Below the pieces are notes generated by a model that was given only the letters and a program-made list of their open reading frames with translations, ran no database searches and was not told the origin of the DNA. Shown here one piece after another: positions 38,400 through 51,963 of a stretch of 64,000 nt of DNA; within the stretch, counting starts at the first letter, position 1, and every line of letters starts with the position of its first letter. Position numbers and translations under genes: made by a program. The stretch comes from Camelus dromedarius (lineage: Eukaryota): contig NC_087437.1 of assembly GCF_036321535.1 (NCBI RefSeq), positions 70,372,001 through 70,436,000 on the forward strand, given 5' to 3'.

Positions 38400-39374
38400 T
38401 TGCCAAGATTCTTTCTTATTATATAATCTTATATCTGTATTTGTGCTGGCCTTGTGCTATGCCTTCTTCCCTGTGTATGATATTTAACCATTTTCCGGGA
38501 CTCTGAACATTTTGCCTTATTTTGCCCTCTTATATTTGTGTATTGCTAGTACATGCTTAATTGTATTTACATGTAGGGAGTAGTAATTCAATAAAAATTA
38601 AATGGAACACATTTATAACTGAAAAATTTTCTTCACAAACTGTAAGGATAGAATTTTTTCTTTTATTCTTTTTCTCTCTCTTTTTGTTATCAGCCTTTGC
38701 TCTTCATAGGACTACTCAGAATGTAAAGGTTGGTACACTGAAAGCAAACCTTGAATGCAATTGGTTGCTATCTCTGGGAACACTCAGTCTGTCAGTAAGA
38801 AGGGTGTGCCAAGAAAATTTTCATGTTGTGGCAGGTTTGGCCACGAAGCAACTAGCCTGCCCTCACTAAATATACATTTTACTTAAATATTTCTATTTCA
38901 TAGAAACTATTTAAGGCTAAAAAAGTAAAAATCATGTAATCTGGTTTGTTTCTCTCCTTAGACAAATTAGGAATAACAGACAATCTTACCTTTGGGTACT
39001 GTTATTATGATAATATAGCTCATTTATCTTGTTGTCTTGGTTGGCCCTTAGAATGGATAATCATTCAATTTTGTATCTCCTCAGAACTATTTCCAAAAAG
39101 AAAATGAAGGGTCAGCTTTTATTGTAGGTTTTAGCATTTACTGAGATAATGGTGTTATTTTTCTTCTGGGTATTTGACTCTGAAAGATTTGTAATGTTAC
39201 GTAACTGCCACAAAGGTGGTGCTAGTTTTAACAGCAATTTATGAACAACTCCCCAAATGGACACATCTGAGTGAAACAGTATGAATGTTTCTTGCATGGT
39301 AGTAAAGAGGTGGACTTCTGTTAAATATGAAACCACACAAGAAAACCCATCAGCTCATGACAGATTGAAACCAG

Positions 39375-39620
39375 AAATGTATGGTGTGTAGGAGTACAGA
39401 CTCTGCAGGCAGATTGGGTTTAAATCCAGGTTTTGCCATTCATTAGAGAGGTGATCTTTGGCAAATCACTTAATCTTTTTGTGCCTGTTTATACATCAAT
39501 AAAATAAGGATAATGACATCTGATATTTGGGTAGCTACCTTGTAGAGTTATTATTTATTTTCTGTAAGTAAATATTCATAAAAGTACTCTGAACAAAATC
39601 TGAATACAGGAATGCTTATG
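39375..39620 (+). mobile_element. MIR SINE
   Basis: agactctg...tgggtttaaatccagg...gtgatctttggcaaatcacttaatc...gtgcctgttt...ataaaataaggataat. Confidence 0.8.
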
Positions 39621-40039
39621 TACTTGCAATTATCTGATAATCTTTAGAAGTAAAGGTAAAAGTTAAGTAGCTTTCTCTCTGACCCTGCCTTCTCTAAGAG
39701 TTACAAAAGTATAAGAAAGTTGTTGCCACTTCTAGAATGTGAAATTATTTGAAAACAGCACTATTTTGTTTAAAGCTTAAAGCACTTGGTAGTGCAGTTG
39801 TCCTAAAAGGAGACATTATTTAACCTTTAAACAAGATTAAATTAAGCAGAATTATTTTTACACTCCTCTTTTAGAAAAACAGAGGCAAATCATAAGAAAA
39901 TAGATCATTATTAGGGATGTCTTCAAAAAGCAGCTTAAACATCCTTGTTATGTTCTGGGATCACTGTGTAATCAGTCCACATATGTCACATATTTCAAAT
40001 TCTGTAAAATTAGAAGACTAATGGTCTTTATGTGTGTTC

Positions 40040-40170
40040 TTGGACTTCCGGAAATTTTATACAAAATTCTGTGGACGTGTACACTTTTCTAGAGAAAGAA
40101 ATTCTTGGTTTTTTTATCATCTTCTCAGAGGGGCTTATGATCCCCCAAAAGAGTAAGAGCCATCCTCTGA
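40040..40170. mobile_element. MER103-like hAT MITE fragment
   Basis: aaattttatacaaaatt...ttttctagagaaag...ttctcagaggggcttatgatcccccaaaagagtaagagcca. Confidence 0.55.
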
Positions 40171-42229
40171 GGCAATATAAATTTTTTATCTTTAATGAAG
40201 ATAAAACTATAATACCCTATTTACTGAGGCAGAAAAATCTACTAGTAGATCTTAGGTTTTTAGTTAAAAGAATCAAAATGAAAATTTTATTCTCCCTGAT
40301 GAACCCTTAGCTAGCCGGAAAATTTAATTAACCAGCATGCCAAGTAATCAATGTTCACTTGTGTCAAGCAGCAATCATTCTTCAGTATATTAGCTGAGCT
40401 GGTATTATGTCCAGAGAAAATGGTGATTTTTGTCTACTGTTCATTCTTTATTTTTGCCCTTCTAGTTTCAGAATTATTAACATTTGCTATAGTTTCATAT
40501 TGTATGTTTCTTATGATATGCTTAGGAGTAAAAGCATTATATAAATGCTTGCTCCAAAACTATTATTACATCAACCTCATTAATATAATTTAGTACAGAA
40601 TATTTATACTCATTCTTTCCAAATGTATTGTGGAATAGTGTCTCTGAAAAGAGGACAAGGGGAAGTTGGAAGGAAGGGAATTGTACTGGTCTCTGAAAAA
40701 TGTGTTGCATTTCTTATGCACTTATGCAAATGTTTAAATTCACATTTACTTCGGTGTTTTTCATTGCTTTTATTAAAATGGCTTAATAGAATATTTTAAA
40801 ATAATTGTTTTGTAGATCCTTAGCAAGGGTATACATTCCAATCTCAAAAACTTTAAAGTTTTTAATTGAAAGAGATTAGGTAAATAATTCAGAAATGCAT
40901 TCTGTTTACCTGTTAATAATTAAGCAGGTTAGACTGTGTACTTTTTATAGTCATGGAGTTTTAGTTTATTTATTTGTTGATGTGTTGGTTTTTAAGAATT
41001 TATTTAAGGCATTCTACTATTGGGAAATAAAAATAAACAGAGTAAAGCTGCACATAATAAAGGGAAGGGCTTAGGTTACTTTTAAAGAGACAAATGAGGA
41101 AAAAGAAATAAATTGATTGGATTTAACAGTTAAAAGAGGTATTTAGTACGTAATTTTTCTGAACTTTTCCCCTCTATTTGGAAGGGAAACTGAGACACCT
41201 GACAGCAAGGATAATTGAGTCAAGTATATAGTCTTTTGTTGTTGCCCTAGAGCTCTGGCTCAATAGACTTTGATTTGATTTTAGATGTGGTTTAACCAGG
41301 TCACCTTTATGGATTCTTGGAGAAGCCTACCAAAGAACTTACCAGATTTCTCTGGTGTTTTAAAAACTCTAGAACCCCAAGCCAGAATGAATGTCTCCAC
41401 CTTAAGAAGCACCATTATGAATGGACTAGAACTAAATTAATCTTTTCTAGTCTTAGACAGAATATCTTGTCCTCTTGACCATGTATGTACAGGGTCTTTC
41501 ATTCTGATGTTCTTTAAGGATTATAAATTGGTTTTCATTTGGCATTTTTGATGAAATACCACCAAAGCATGTATTTAAATTTCTATTGGATGATAAAAAC
41601 TTATTTTCTATAATTATTGGTAGAGAATAGCCTCTAACAGTTTCTATTCATTTTGTCTTAACATGTCATTTACTTACTTTGAATTTTTACTTTTTGAAAT
41701 TATACTCCTCCTACCTCCGAAGCTGATGCTCTGTTTGTTCTCATGGAAAATTTTGGTTCTCTCTGTATGGTCCTATCACTGAAATTGATACATGCTTTAT
41801 TTGTTTTCTCTTATAATAGTATGCTCATTGTATAAATAACCCCCATCTTCTTAAATTTTCTGCATTCCAGTCTGTGCTTTTCTTTGAAAATTAGATCAAA
41901 GATGTGAACAATTAAAATTTGTCTTCTAGGAATCTAATAGATACCATTATAGGTGATTGCTGTTTTTTATTTTTTTTTACAAATCTTATCATTCTCTCAT
42001 TTAATTTTTTCATTTTGCTTTGTTGTTCTCTTTCTTCCCTCCCTCACTCCATCTTCTTTCCTTCCTACTTCTTTTATAAAAATCTATGCAGTTAATGGAG
42101 GGGGCCTTCATCAAAAATAGGGATAGATAGACATTTTCAAATGGATCTCTTAACATTCAGGAAATCTAATAATATGTTGTCTAATTTTTTCTGCAACATA
42201 GACTATGTATCTTGTTTTAGTGCTTTTTA

Positions 42230-43320
42230 TGTTTATGAAAAGTAATTTGTATTTATTGTAGAAAATTTGGAAGGAAATTGTAAGAAAATTCCTGCCATAA
42301 TCTTAATTTTTGAGATAAGTACTAGGAGTAATTTAGTATATAGGTGCTTACATACTTTTTCTAATGCACATATGTTTTTTTCTACATATGCACATACACA
42401 CAGAGCTACATTTATACATGCATATGACTAAACATTTGCATAGTCTATATATATTACATAAACACAAATTATTAAAATTTGCTATCTTAATAGTTTACCA
42501 TTTTACAACCTGCTTTTTAAGCTTAATGGTGTATTGTAAATTTTTACTTGCCATATTTAATGGAAGCTTATCATTATATCACATATAATTAATTAAACCA
42601 TTTCACTATAATGGAATATTTAGGTTACTTTAATTTGCATTTCTTTCATTGCAATTACACATTAATATTGTTTGTGTATATCTTCAGTTTCTTCTATTGT
42701 GAATTGCCTATTTATTTGGAAAAAAAAGAGATACTTGTTTTATTTATTTATAAATGAAGACTGTTAACCCTGTGTATATTCCCTATGAGTATCATATACA
42801 TTAAAAATATTTATCTTTATTTGTTTTAGGCCTCTTAATTTTGTCCAGGATATTTTTGGACTTAAAAAATTTTTAATTTAAAGTAGTCAAATTCATAAAT
42901 CTTTGCGCTTATTTTATATACTATTGCTTATGTCCTCCAAAAGGCCTTCTTATCTTGGTTTCTTATAGCTCTTTGATTATTTTACTTATTATATTCAGAT
43001 ATATCAACCTGATTTTTATGTGGGGGCGTGGCAAAAAGTAGAGAGCACTTTTTTTTTTTTTGTCATTCAATTAGTCAGCTATCTCAACATTGTGGAAATC
43101 TACCTATAATATTTATCCCATACTGGAGTCCCTATGATCTGTTCTCAGATCTGTCTCTTCCAATGACAATTATCACATTGTCACTTATATTTCAGTCTTT
43201 GGTAAAAACTAACCTTGTTCTCTACTCTGCTGCAGGGTCAAAACCTAACACTTGTTATTTTTTGGTTGTAATCTCCTATTTTATTATTAAAAATTTTTTG
43301 AACTAGCTTTAAATCATCAG
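42230..43320 (-). mobile_element. Ancient L1ME-type fragments
   Basis: tttattgtagaaaatttggaa, ttaatttgcatttcttt, ttgtgaattgcctat, tagtcaaatt. Confidence 0.65.
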
Positions 43321-43339
43321 AACTACTAAAAATAATTTT

Positions 43340-44500
43340 TATTCAATTCAGTTCAACAAACATTTATTGAATATTCACTATATACCAGACCCTGTGCTTC
43401 TATCAGGAACACATAAATGAATCAGATATCTGTGTAGTAGAGTCTTTGCACTAAAAAAGTGATGGAGGCAGAGCATGTAAATGGTCAAGACAGTGGCCTA
43501 CTATCAATGCCTTCATTTTTTTCTGATTTTTTTCTTATTCTTTTTTTAAATCTATGATTTATTTGGTCTAGCCATTTTATACATTTTTCCTTTTCTCTTT
43601 CTTTTAAATCCATAAATGATTACTAAGTGACATTGATTTAACAGAATTAGATTTACTCAGGCATATGAAATATGGTAACTTTTTCAAATTTGTATTGTCT
43701 TTTATTTTTTCTGATAAATGAACTGAGAATTGTGTCTTCCTATTCTCGATTCTATAAATGTTTATTGAATTCTTGCTAGGCACTATTTAAGGAGCTGTAG
43801 GGGAAGAAAATGGGTGTCTTTGACAAATTTATAATCTGGTAGGGGAATTCACCACTTATAAAAGTAATAACAGCAAAATAAAATAATAGTTATTGAGAGC
43901 ACTGGTTTGCTGTGTGTAAGCCATTGTCCTAAGAGAGGTAGTATGTATCTCTTTTAATCCTTATAACAGCCCATATAGCCCCCAGATTTTTTTTTTTGAC
44001 TCTTTGCCTTACTTCACTTAGAAATTTTCTTATTATTGTCCACTTTCTCTGGGAAGCTTTCCCAGCTAGACCTATCTAAAATATCAGCCCATGTAACTCT
44101 TAGTCCTATTACCTTGTTTTGTTTGTACTCATAGTATTAATTATAGGACATTATAAGTTTAACAGTTTATTTTCTTATTGTTTGTTTCCCCTGCTAGAAT
44201 GAATACTGAAAGACTATGAAAAACGTGTTATAGAAGTTTGCAATTGCAAAAGGTCAAAGTTTAATTTGATATATACCATTTAACTTCTTTAAGCTGAAAT
44301 TGTTTCATCTGTAAATAGATGTATACTTAGTGCCTGTTTCATAGGTGGGTCAGGCTGTTGATTCTTTCATTCAGTAAATATTCATTGATCTCCTACTATG
44401 TGGCAGATACTATTCATGGAAATGGGGGATACAGCGAAAGGACAATGCCTAACCTAACAGCACTTCCATTCTAGTAGAGAAGACAGATAATAAATAAATA
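43340..44500. mobile_element. Cluster of L2 and MIR fragments in both orientations
   Basis: L2 ends ttcaacaaacatttattga (~43350) and ttcattcagtaaatattcattga (~44370); MIR-like tttaatccttataacagcc (~43955) and tttcatctgtaaatag (~44305). Confidence 0.7.
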
Positions 44501-44599
44501 AAACTTACTTTTATATCATGTAATGACCAAATTAATTTTCTCCAAAGTGTCCTTCCTCACCTCATGCTTACAACCTGAACATGTTTTTTTCTTTTCCAT

Positions 44600-44790
44600 T
44601 CCTACTTATCCTCTATTTATCCATGATTATTGGTTATTATCTCACTCTTCCTAGCAGATATAATTTTTGGTACCTCTTCTGAAGTTTGGTGTTGCAGAAT
44701 AAGCATGGTACTTGATTATAGCAGAACTACCACCTTTCTTTTCTGTTAAATCCCATTTATCTGTTAGTGCAGAATAAACTCAGGATTGAT
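44600..44790 (-). mobile_element. Possible CR1/L3 fragment
   Basis: Weak resemblance to antisense L3 (ctcttctgaagtttggtgttgcagaa..., gaactaccacctttc). Confidence 0.35.
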
Positions 44791-46699
44791 GGTATGGTTT
44801 GTTGTTTGATTCTTTATTTTCTCTTTGTTTCTGCACTTTAAAGATCCAATTAATTAAAACCCTTAGCCCTTCTTAATTTTAACAGAACTTTTACTCTAGA
44901 TGTACTGGTTTACAGAATTGGCTTATATTTATGTATGCATTTTTCTTAGTAAAACTGCTTTTGAGACTTTGAATGGCTGAATCCCTTTGGAGATTATTAG
45001 TAAATATGACATCAAGGGCCTCAGTGAGATTTCATAGTAAACTTACAGAAATCACTTTCCAAAAGTATACAATGTCGAACTTATTTTTACTAGGAGAGTT
45101 GTTTCTAATTAAATCTTTTTATATTCAGACTCACCAAATTGACTTTTAAAGCACCACAGCATCCTGCCTGCTTTACTGCTCCTTGTCCTAGCTTTGATTC
45201 TATATTATCAAATGCATTTGGGTAGAAAATAATTTAGAGGTGTCTTACCCATTTGTTTGACATCTTTACCTCCAAATATGAGTAGGACCCTCCTCTTAGC
45301 CTTGCTTGCTAAGATAGAAAACATAAGGCCATGTTCTAATATCAGTGCATTAGGTACTGAAGACCAGTTCAAGCTCTGTTGAACATGCTGCCCTCTTTCA
45401 CTCATTTACTTTTTATTCTCTTTGGATTATCTTTTTTTGTGAAAATTTCTCCAACCTCACTCATATTTTGAGGATATGATCTATATCTTATCTTATATAC
45501 TTACTAACTCAGCAGTACTTATCAGTGTATTATACATAGTAGATCTTTGTAAAATCTCTGATAATTAAGAATAAACAAATAAATGAGATAAAGATTATTT
45601 GAGATCAGTTTTTTAAATGTTAAAAACATAATGTAAAAATCTTTGTGTAAATAAAGAAAGCTTCTAATAATACTCTAATAAATACTCTTGTTTTTCATCT
45701 AAACCCTGTATACACAGTGGTTTAGATTGTAAATTTATGCCATATTTTACTGAATACTTGTTCATAGTACTTTGTTCATAAGCAAATTAATATGTTAGCC
45801 TTTATTTTTCTTTGTAAAAGGATAGATATTAGTTGATATACACAAGCTTATCTCCCTACTTCTCATGACTAGTCATAAAGATATTGTGGAATGTAAATTG
45901 TTTTCTTGGCAGATTCCTAATTTTAAGTACTTCTCTTTTTCAGTCACACAAAAAGAAGTGTTAAGAATTGTCCTTTGAGACTCTGAAGGCTAAAGGTAAT
46001 ATCCAATGATATTTTCTTCAATGGATTTTTATCTTCCTGAAAATTTTCATAAAATTAAAGGCCCTGAGGTTATTGCCTCAGGTCTTTTCTTTATTGCCCT
46101 TTAACACATTATATATGTTTTTCTATGTCTACCTACAAAATAATCTGAAAGTATAAGTCAAAAAAAGAAGAAGCTTTGTGTCATCTAAGAATACTGGGTG
46201 TTGCTATACCCCTTCATCCTTCTATTTAGGAATGTATTATGGCCCCTCCACTGTTTTTTAAATGTTTGCAACTCTTCTGATTTTATACCTTGCCCTTTTT
46301 CTAAATAGACATATTGGTTCAAAGCCAGAGCTTTACAACTAACTATGAGGAATAAAAATGCATTTTGGGGGGGACAACAGAACCATGCAGGTGAGATTTA
46401 GTGGGTACTCATTGAAGTCCAGAATTTCAGGCAAGAACTTTATAAAGACTTATGTTGCTGCATTGTGTATAGAGAGCTCATAGGGATTGAAGAAGGTTTC
46501 TGAGACAAGAGGGGACTGTAATTACTTTGCTTCTTACATGCATGGTTAGATCTTCCAGTGAGAATAACATGGTAGGGTAATTTATTATAGAAGAGTAAAT
46601 CACAGATTACATTGGAGGGGGATGGGGTAGTGTGATCCAACCATCATTTTTCTTAATACATACACTTAAGCATGTGTGATAGCTTGTTTTTAATTTCTT

Positions 46700-47260
46700 T
46701 ACACCAGTGCACACCTCAAACATTGCTTTTAGCAGTGGGATATGCAAATTGTTCCAAATGCAGCAGCAGTACTTTCACCTGAATGTCAAAACTGTCAGAG
46801 AGCTTTAAATCAAATCTTTATAACATTTTTTTTAAAACCAGCCAGCCTCAAGATTGAGAAACCAAACTCACTGCCAAAACTTAATTCCCATACTTTCAAA
46901 AGGCTCCTTTATGTCAACAGGGTAATGTCAAAGTTCTAATTCACCTGCTTTCTATTTTTAACCTTTTAAGGATTTTATTTTATTTGGCTTAATTACGGTA
47001 TTTTCTACAAATTAATGATAAATGCCTTGATTAATAAAACCAAATGTCAGAGAAGATGACAGCTTGATGAAAAATTAATACTCGGCAATATTTTAAGGTA
47101 CGGAAGTACTAAAGATGTACTCTTAAACCTCATGCTTCATCTTTTTCTGAATGTAGATAACCAGAATTCTCATCGCACTTAAGACGTTTTCACAGCCACA
47201 TGTGTTGATGCATTTTAGCAATATAACTTTCAGCTGTTGTTTTGACTGCTCGCTGTTATA
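46700..47260. promoter_or_regulatory. Candidate conserved non-coding/enhancer block
   Basis: No repeat recognised; ATGCAAAT (46742) overlapping ATTGTT, CTGTCA (46792), TGATTAAT (47028), TGACAG (47057), several TAAT cores and retained CpGs. Confidence 0.4.
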
Positions 47261-50200
47261 TACATTACATTCTTAGTTTTTATCTCTGTTTTAACTCGCA
47301 ATATTATTTATTTGTATTTCACAAAATCAGATAAGCTATATTTTGAGTTGATTATATTGGTGAAGCTATCATACCAAGAATCCAAATAATAGTAATGTGT
47401 GTGTCTGTGTGTATTTCAAGAGATGCCATGGTATAAAATGTAGTGATTGGTGATCAGATATGTGCTAGAATATTAATTCATTTGGTTATGAATATTTCAG
47501 CTGTTATTTTCTAAAATTATTCAGTAAAACAATCTATACACACAGACAGCACAGCCTTTCAAAGGAAAATAGATTTGAATATGGAGATCTGCTTTTTTAA
47601 AAATATATTTTTTCCTGAGCTTTCGTTAAAAAACCTGAATACCAATAAAGAGTTTTAACTTGTAAACAGTTGGTTAGATAAAAAACTGAAGAATAAGAAA
47701 TACGACTACTTTCTTTCTTTCTTTTTACTGGAGATCGTGGAGTTGAAAGATAAAAAATATCCCATGTATTTTTCCATCTTCACATATCAGGATGATTTTT
47801 GAATATGAATCCTTAACTATTCCATTAAATGTTATGTGAAAATGGTACTATGGAGGATTATAGTCTGTGTTGGTGTTTTATTTTCATATTTCAAAGATAA
47901 AACTGCCAACCAAATGAGGGAAGGGACAATGACCTCTTCCGTGTTGTGCTTCTGTTTGGTTTGGACGTCCAGAGATAAAAAGGCCCACATAATGTACTGA
48001 CAGTGAAATGGACTCGCTTTGACCATCTGTTCATGTAACTACTTAATGGTCACACCTATCAACAGAAATTTTTGCCAGCTAATGTTAAAATCACTTTTTC
48101 CTATAATATAGTGGGAATTTCTGGGTAGGTGCTTCATGCATGTTGCTAAGCATAGTAAGATAAATAGACGAGTGTTGGTCAACACTCTGTAAATACAGTA
48201 TATGCCAATCCCAAGAGAAAACATTCTTCAATCAGTGGATATTTCTAGTACTATTTAAAATTGGAGGTGGATTGTGCTGAATCTTACCCTAACTGGCTCT
48301 AGGTTTTATTGTTTTTGTGTCTTGCCTGATTCCAGGCATCCAGTCTGTACTGGCAAAGCTGCTTGATGAGGAGAGGCCACCAGCATCGCTGCCTTGACTG
48401 CTTACATACCTGCCATGAATAATAGATCTGTCAGCTAGTTAATCACTGCATTGAAACTGTCTCTGTTCCTTCCTAGCTGATCACTGCCCAGAGGAGTTTA
48501 ATTTCCACTGAAACACTAAGCTCCTATTATGTTTCTATACCTGCATTTATTTGTGTGCAAAAGCATTCATTCTCCTTTTATCATATCAGTAAATAAGACA
48601 TGCCCCACTTCTTTGACAGTTCTTAAATTACATAGTATATACTGTGCTGTTTTCCTTGTTTATTCCGTTCTTCAGCCTCTCATCAATTTACTTCTGCATA
48701 TGAACCAATTAAATTTTATTCATTAGTTATAAGATTTGGAAATATTGATATCTACTTCACAATCCACAGTTTTATGAGTTTTTAGTTGAGATTATAGTTG
48801 TGGGATAAGTACTGTGAGAGAACATCATCCTTTTGCGAAAAATGTCTATGAACAAAGGAGATAGGCTGAGACCCAAAACAGTCTCTCAAAGGCTTTTGCT
48901 TAGTGTTACATTGCTTGATACTAGAAATGAGGACAACTGATTCAACCTTACATAGTTAGAATCTTTAGTTTCACGGAGTTATGATATTTTAAACTTGATG
49001 CTTGAATTAACACAGACAACAATCAGCTGATGCTCTTTGAAGAATCTAAACCTTGAAGAAAATTAAAGTGTTAGACTGTCTCTCATCCAACAGAAAAAAA
49101 AAAAAACCTAAAAATAAATGTTTTCTAATGTACTTAAAATACATAAATTTTCAGTTTTAGTACTTATAATTAGACCATATCTTTCCCCTGAATGACTTTT
49201 TGGCACTTATGGAAACTGTGTTCTCTCCTTTAAGCCAACAGTATTTAATTTTGCAAGCTCAAGTAATTGAGACCTTACTGGTTTGAAAATATTAATGCAG
49301 CTTCGAAAGTTGCTTAACGTACAACTTAAGTACCAGAACAATGATCAGTTCTTTTAAATAAGATTCATTTACCATATTTCTTTCCTTTGGAAGCTTGGGT
49401 TTATATTAATTGAAAAAACTATGGTCATGAAACATACTGATAAATAGACCAATCAAAAGATACCGAGAAAAACCATAAACTTTGTCCAGGATGTGCAGGG
49501 CATTTGTGTTTCTTGACTAAATGCTGCATTCATCCCTCCTCCCTATCTACCATTCCCCCAAATATACAGGTCTCTTTTTGTATCCTTTAGTGATGACAAG
49601 ACGGTTTTTATTCCTCTAATGAAGTGGGAAGCAGATTAACATGCTTTCTTCTTGGAAATTAGATTACTCATTGTAGTACTGCTCAACATATCTTTGTAAT
49701 ACTCCCCGACCCTACCCACAACTAATTAATGACTTTCAGAATTAGGGAAAATCTTAGTTGTATGGTGGCTCTATATTTACCAGTGATCAAGGAAGTGTTA
49801 CTAATACACTTGTCAGTGTTAAAAAAGAATTAAGTAAATAAAGGGCCAGATGGTCGAGCCCAGGACCTATCAAAAGCCCCGTATGTGTGGGCTGGTCCCG
49901 CAGAATTACAGAAGCATCACCAGGCTAAGTGGGGTCAGAGTGAGGCTTTCACCTGTAAGAAAAAGAATGTTTTCCAAATGTGTCTTTTTATGATACAGTG
50001 ATTTATATATTCAAATCTCATTTATACTAGTAACACGTGAGAACATGTATTTTCCTGTGCGTCGAGTCAACAGTGTTTACATGTTTGAGAAGTTTCTTGC
50101 AACAGGACATAATGGCATCAAAGTAAAGCAATTACTGTGTAAGCAATTTTTTTTCTGGTTTAGAGAAGCATTCTGCTCTGTTCTCTCACAAAAATCTATA

Positions 50201-50749
50201 TTTTTCCTATTATGACTTATTTATTTGCTTTTTTACTTATTTACTTTTTCACATTTTATCTCTCTCTTCCAACAGACTCTATAGCTCATGATATAAGAAA
50301 CTTTGTTATGTAGTGTTTGCTATAGTGCATGGCCAGATGAGGAACTAGTAAATATTCTCTTACTGTTTTGTTATAATAAGAACAGTTATGTAACAGTCAT
50401 TATGATAAAATTAATTTAAACTGAAGAAATTAAGAAAGTGTATTCCCCCTTTCCTATGATTTAATTGTCTTTACATGTATACATATATAAACATCTTCTT
50501 TCCCACTCTAATTTCCATCCTTTTCATTTTTAATCTATTTTAATTTATTTTATCTTGTAACTATGGACTTTTGGAAGCTGCTTTAAATCTTCTTGGTTTC
50601 TAGAGTAGATGCATGGGTCAGTGTATTCATGGGTATTCCTTGGTACTTTTTTTTCAGGTTTTTCTTCCCACAGTCACACAGATAATGCTAGAAGAGATTA
50701 ACTATAGCCTTCCTGCCTTCCTTCTCTCCATCCCTTCTTTCCATTCTAC

Positions 50750-50930
50750 GGCAAATATTTATTGAATGTCTTTTCTGTGCCAGGAACTTTCTAGGGGTTA
50801 GATATAAATATTGAAAAAAAACTATATAACTATAATACAATGTATAATATAATATAATATAATATAATATAATATAATATAACTATTGAAAAAAAGAGAT
50901 ACAGTCATTCCACTTATGGAGACTAGTAAG
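50750..50930 (-). mobile_element. L2 3' end interrupted by an (AATAT)n tract
   Basis: caaatatttattgaatg...ctgtgccagg; (AATAT)n at ~50845-50882. Confidence 0.7.
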
Positions 50931-51907
50931 AAAGAAAAGGGACTAACAATAAAATAAAATAAACATATAAGTAAACATTACAACATAGACATATAAATAA
51001 ATGACTTATTTTTCTGGACTTCTCAATTCTGGCATGCATTAAGAAATTTGGTCTACAATGGACCAAATTATCTTCAATGGCCTACCTTCTTAATCTAGAT
51101 TTAAAAAATGCAAACAGGCCAAATTATTTCAGATTATGTTTCAAGGGGTGGGTAGCCTTGGGATGAAGATAAGATGAAGCAATGTATGCTTTCAAGGTGA
51201 ATCATTAAAAAGACAGTTTTATAAATCTGGCTTACTATATATGATCTAGGTGACCTCCTTAAGTATTTTCAAATCTCAGATTGAAAAATCATGGGAATTT
51301 CTAGTATTTTTTAAATTACAAAAATATATATATCTTTAAAGATTCTTTAGTACTAGTCCAGAGTTTGAGTTTATCTGTGAATTAGGTAATAGTTAGTGGT
51401 GATGAAATAGTAGTGCTGGAAATGTATATTTTTTGCTTCCTCTCTTTGGGCATGTCTGTGGAATATTTTTGTCTTCCGATCAGATTGTTCATTATGCTCC
51501 CTTTGGATGTGTGTACTGTTTGGCCTTCCAGCCTTACATGCTCATTCAAAGGCATTCCAAGTCATTATGCTGGACTTCAGCCTTGTTCAGTAAAAAGGCC
51601 ATTTCCTCCATCAGCTGTCCACTTGGATATACATTCTTTTTACTCTCAAAAAGACTTTATATGCATTCAGAGTATATTAGATGAATTTGTCAAATTACTC
51701 ACAGATAATCAGTTTTTTAAAGTTATAATTTGAGCTATGACCTCTCAAACTGTGAATTATAAGGTTTGACCCTCTGGTTCACTGTTTGACACGGCAGCCA
51801 TTAATTACAGTTTTGAAAGGACATTTTATTTCAGTTAGAATTTGTGTTATGAAAACAGTTTAAGTATTTTCCCCTTTAACTTTCAGGAATAAAAGTTGAC
51901 ATGTAAA

Positions 51908-51909
51908 TA

Positions 51910-51960
<51 letters not shown>
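51908..51960. repeat. A-run plus (AT)n microsatellite, about 21 units
   Basis: Directly visible. Confidence 0.97.

Positions 51961-51963
<3 letters not shown>

Noticed and set aside
38990..39090. Minus-strand exon shape ending AAG|gtaaga
   Set aside because: All frames contain stops and it is opposite to the inferred host strand
45945..45996. ctttttcag|...AAG|gtaata exon shape
   Set aside because: All three frames closed; no supporting context
47868..47909. Hairpin gttggtgttttat...ataaaactgccaac
   Set aside because: Stem of about 17 bp is AU-rich and too short for a pre-miRNA; plausible by chance
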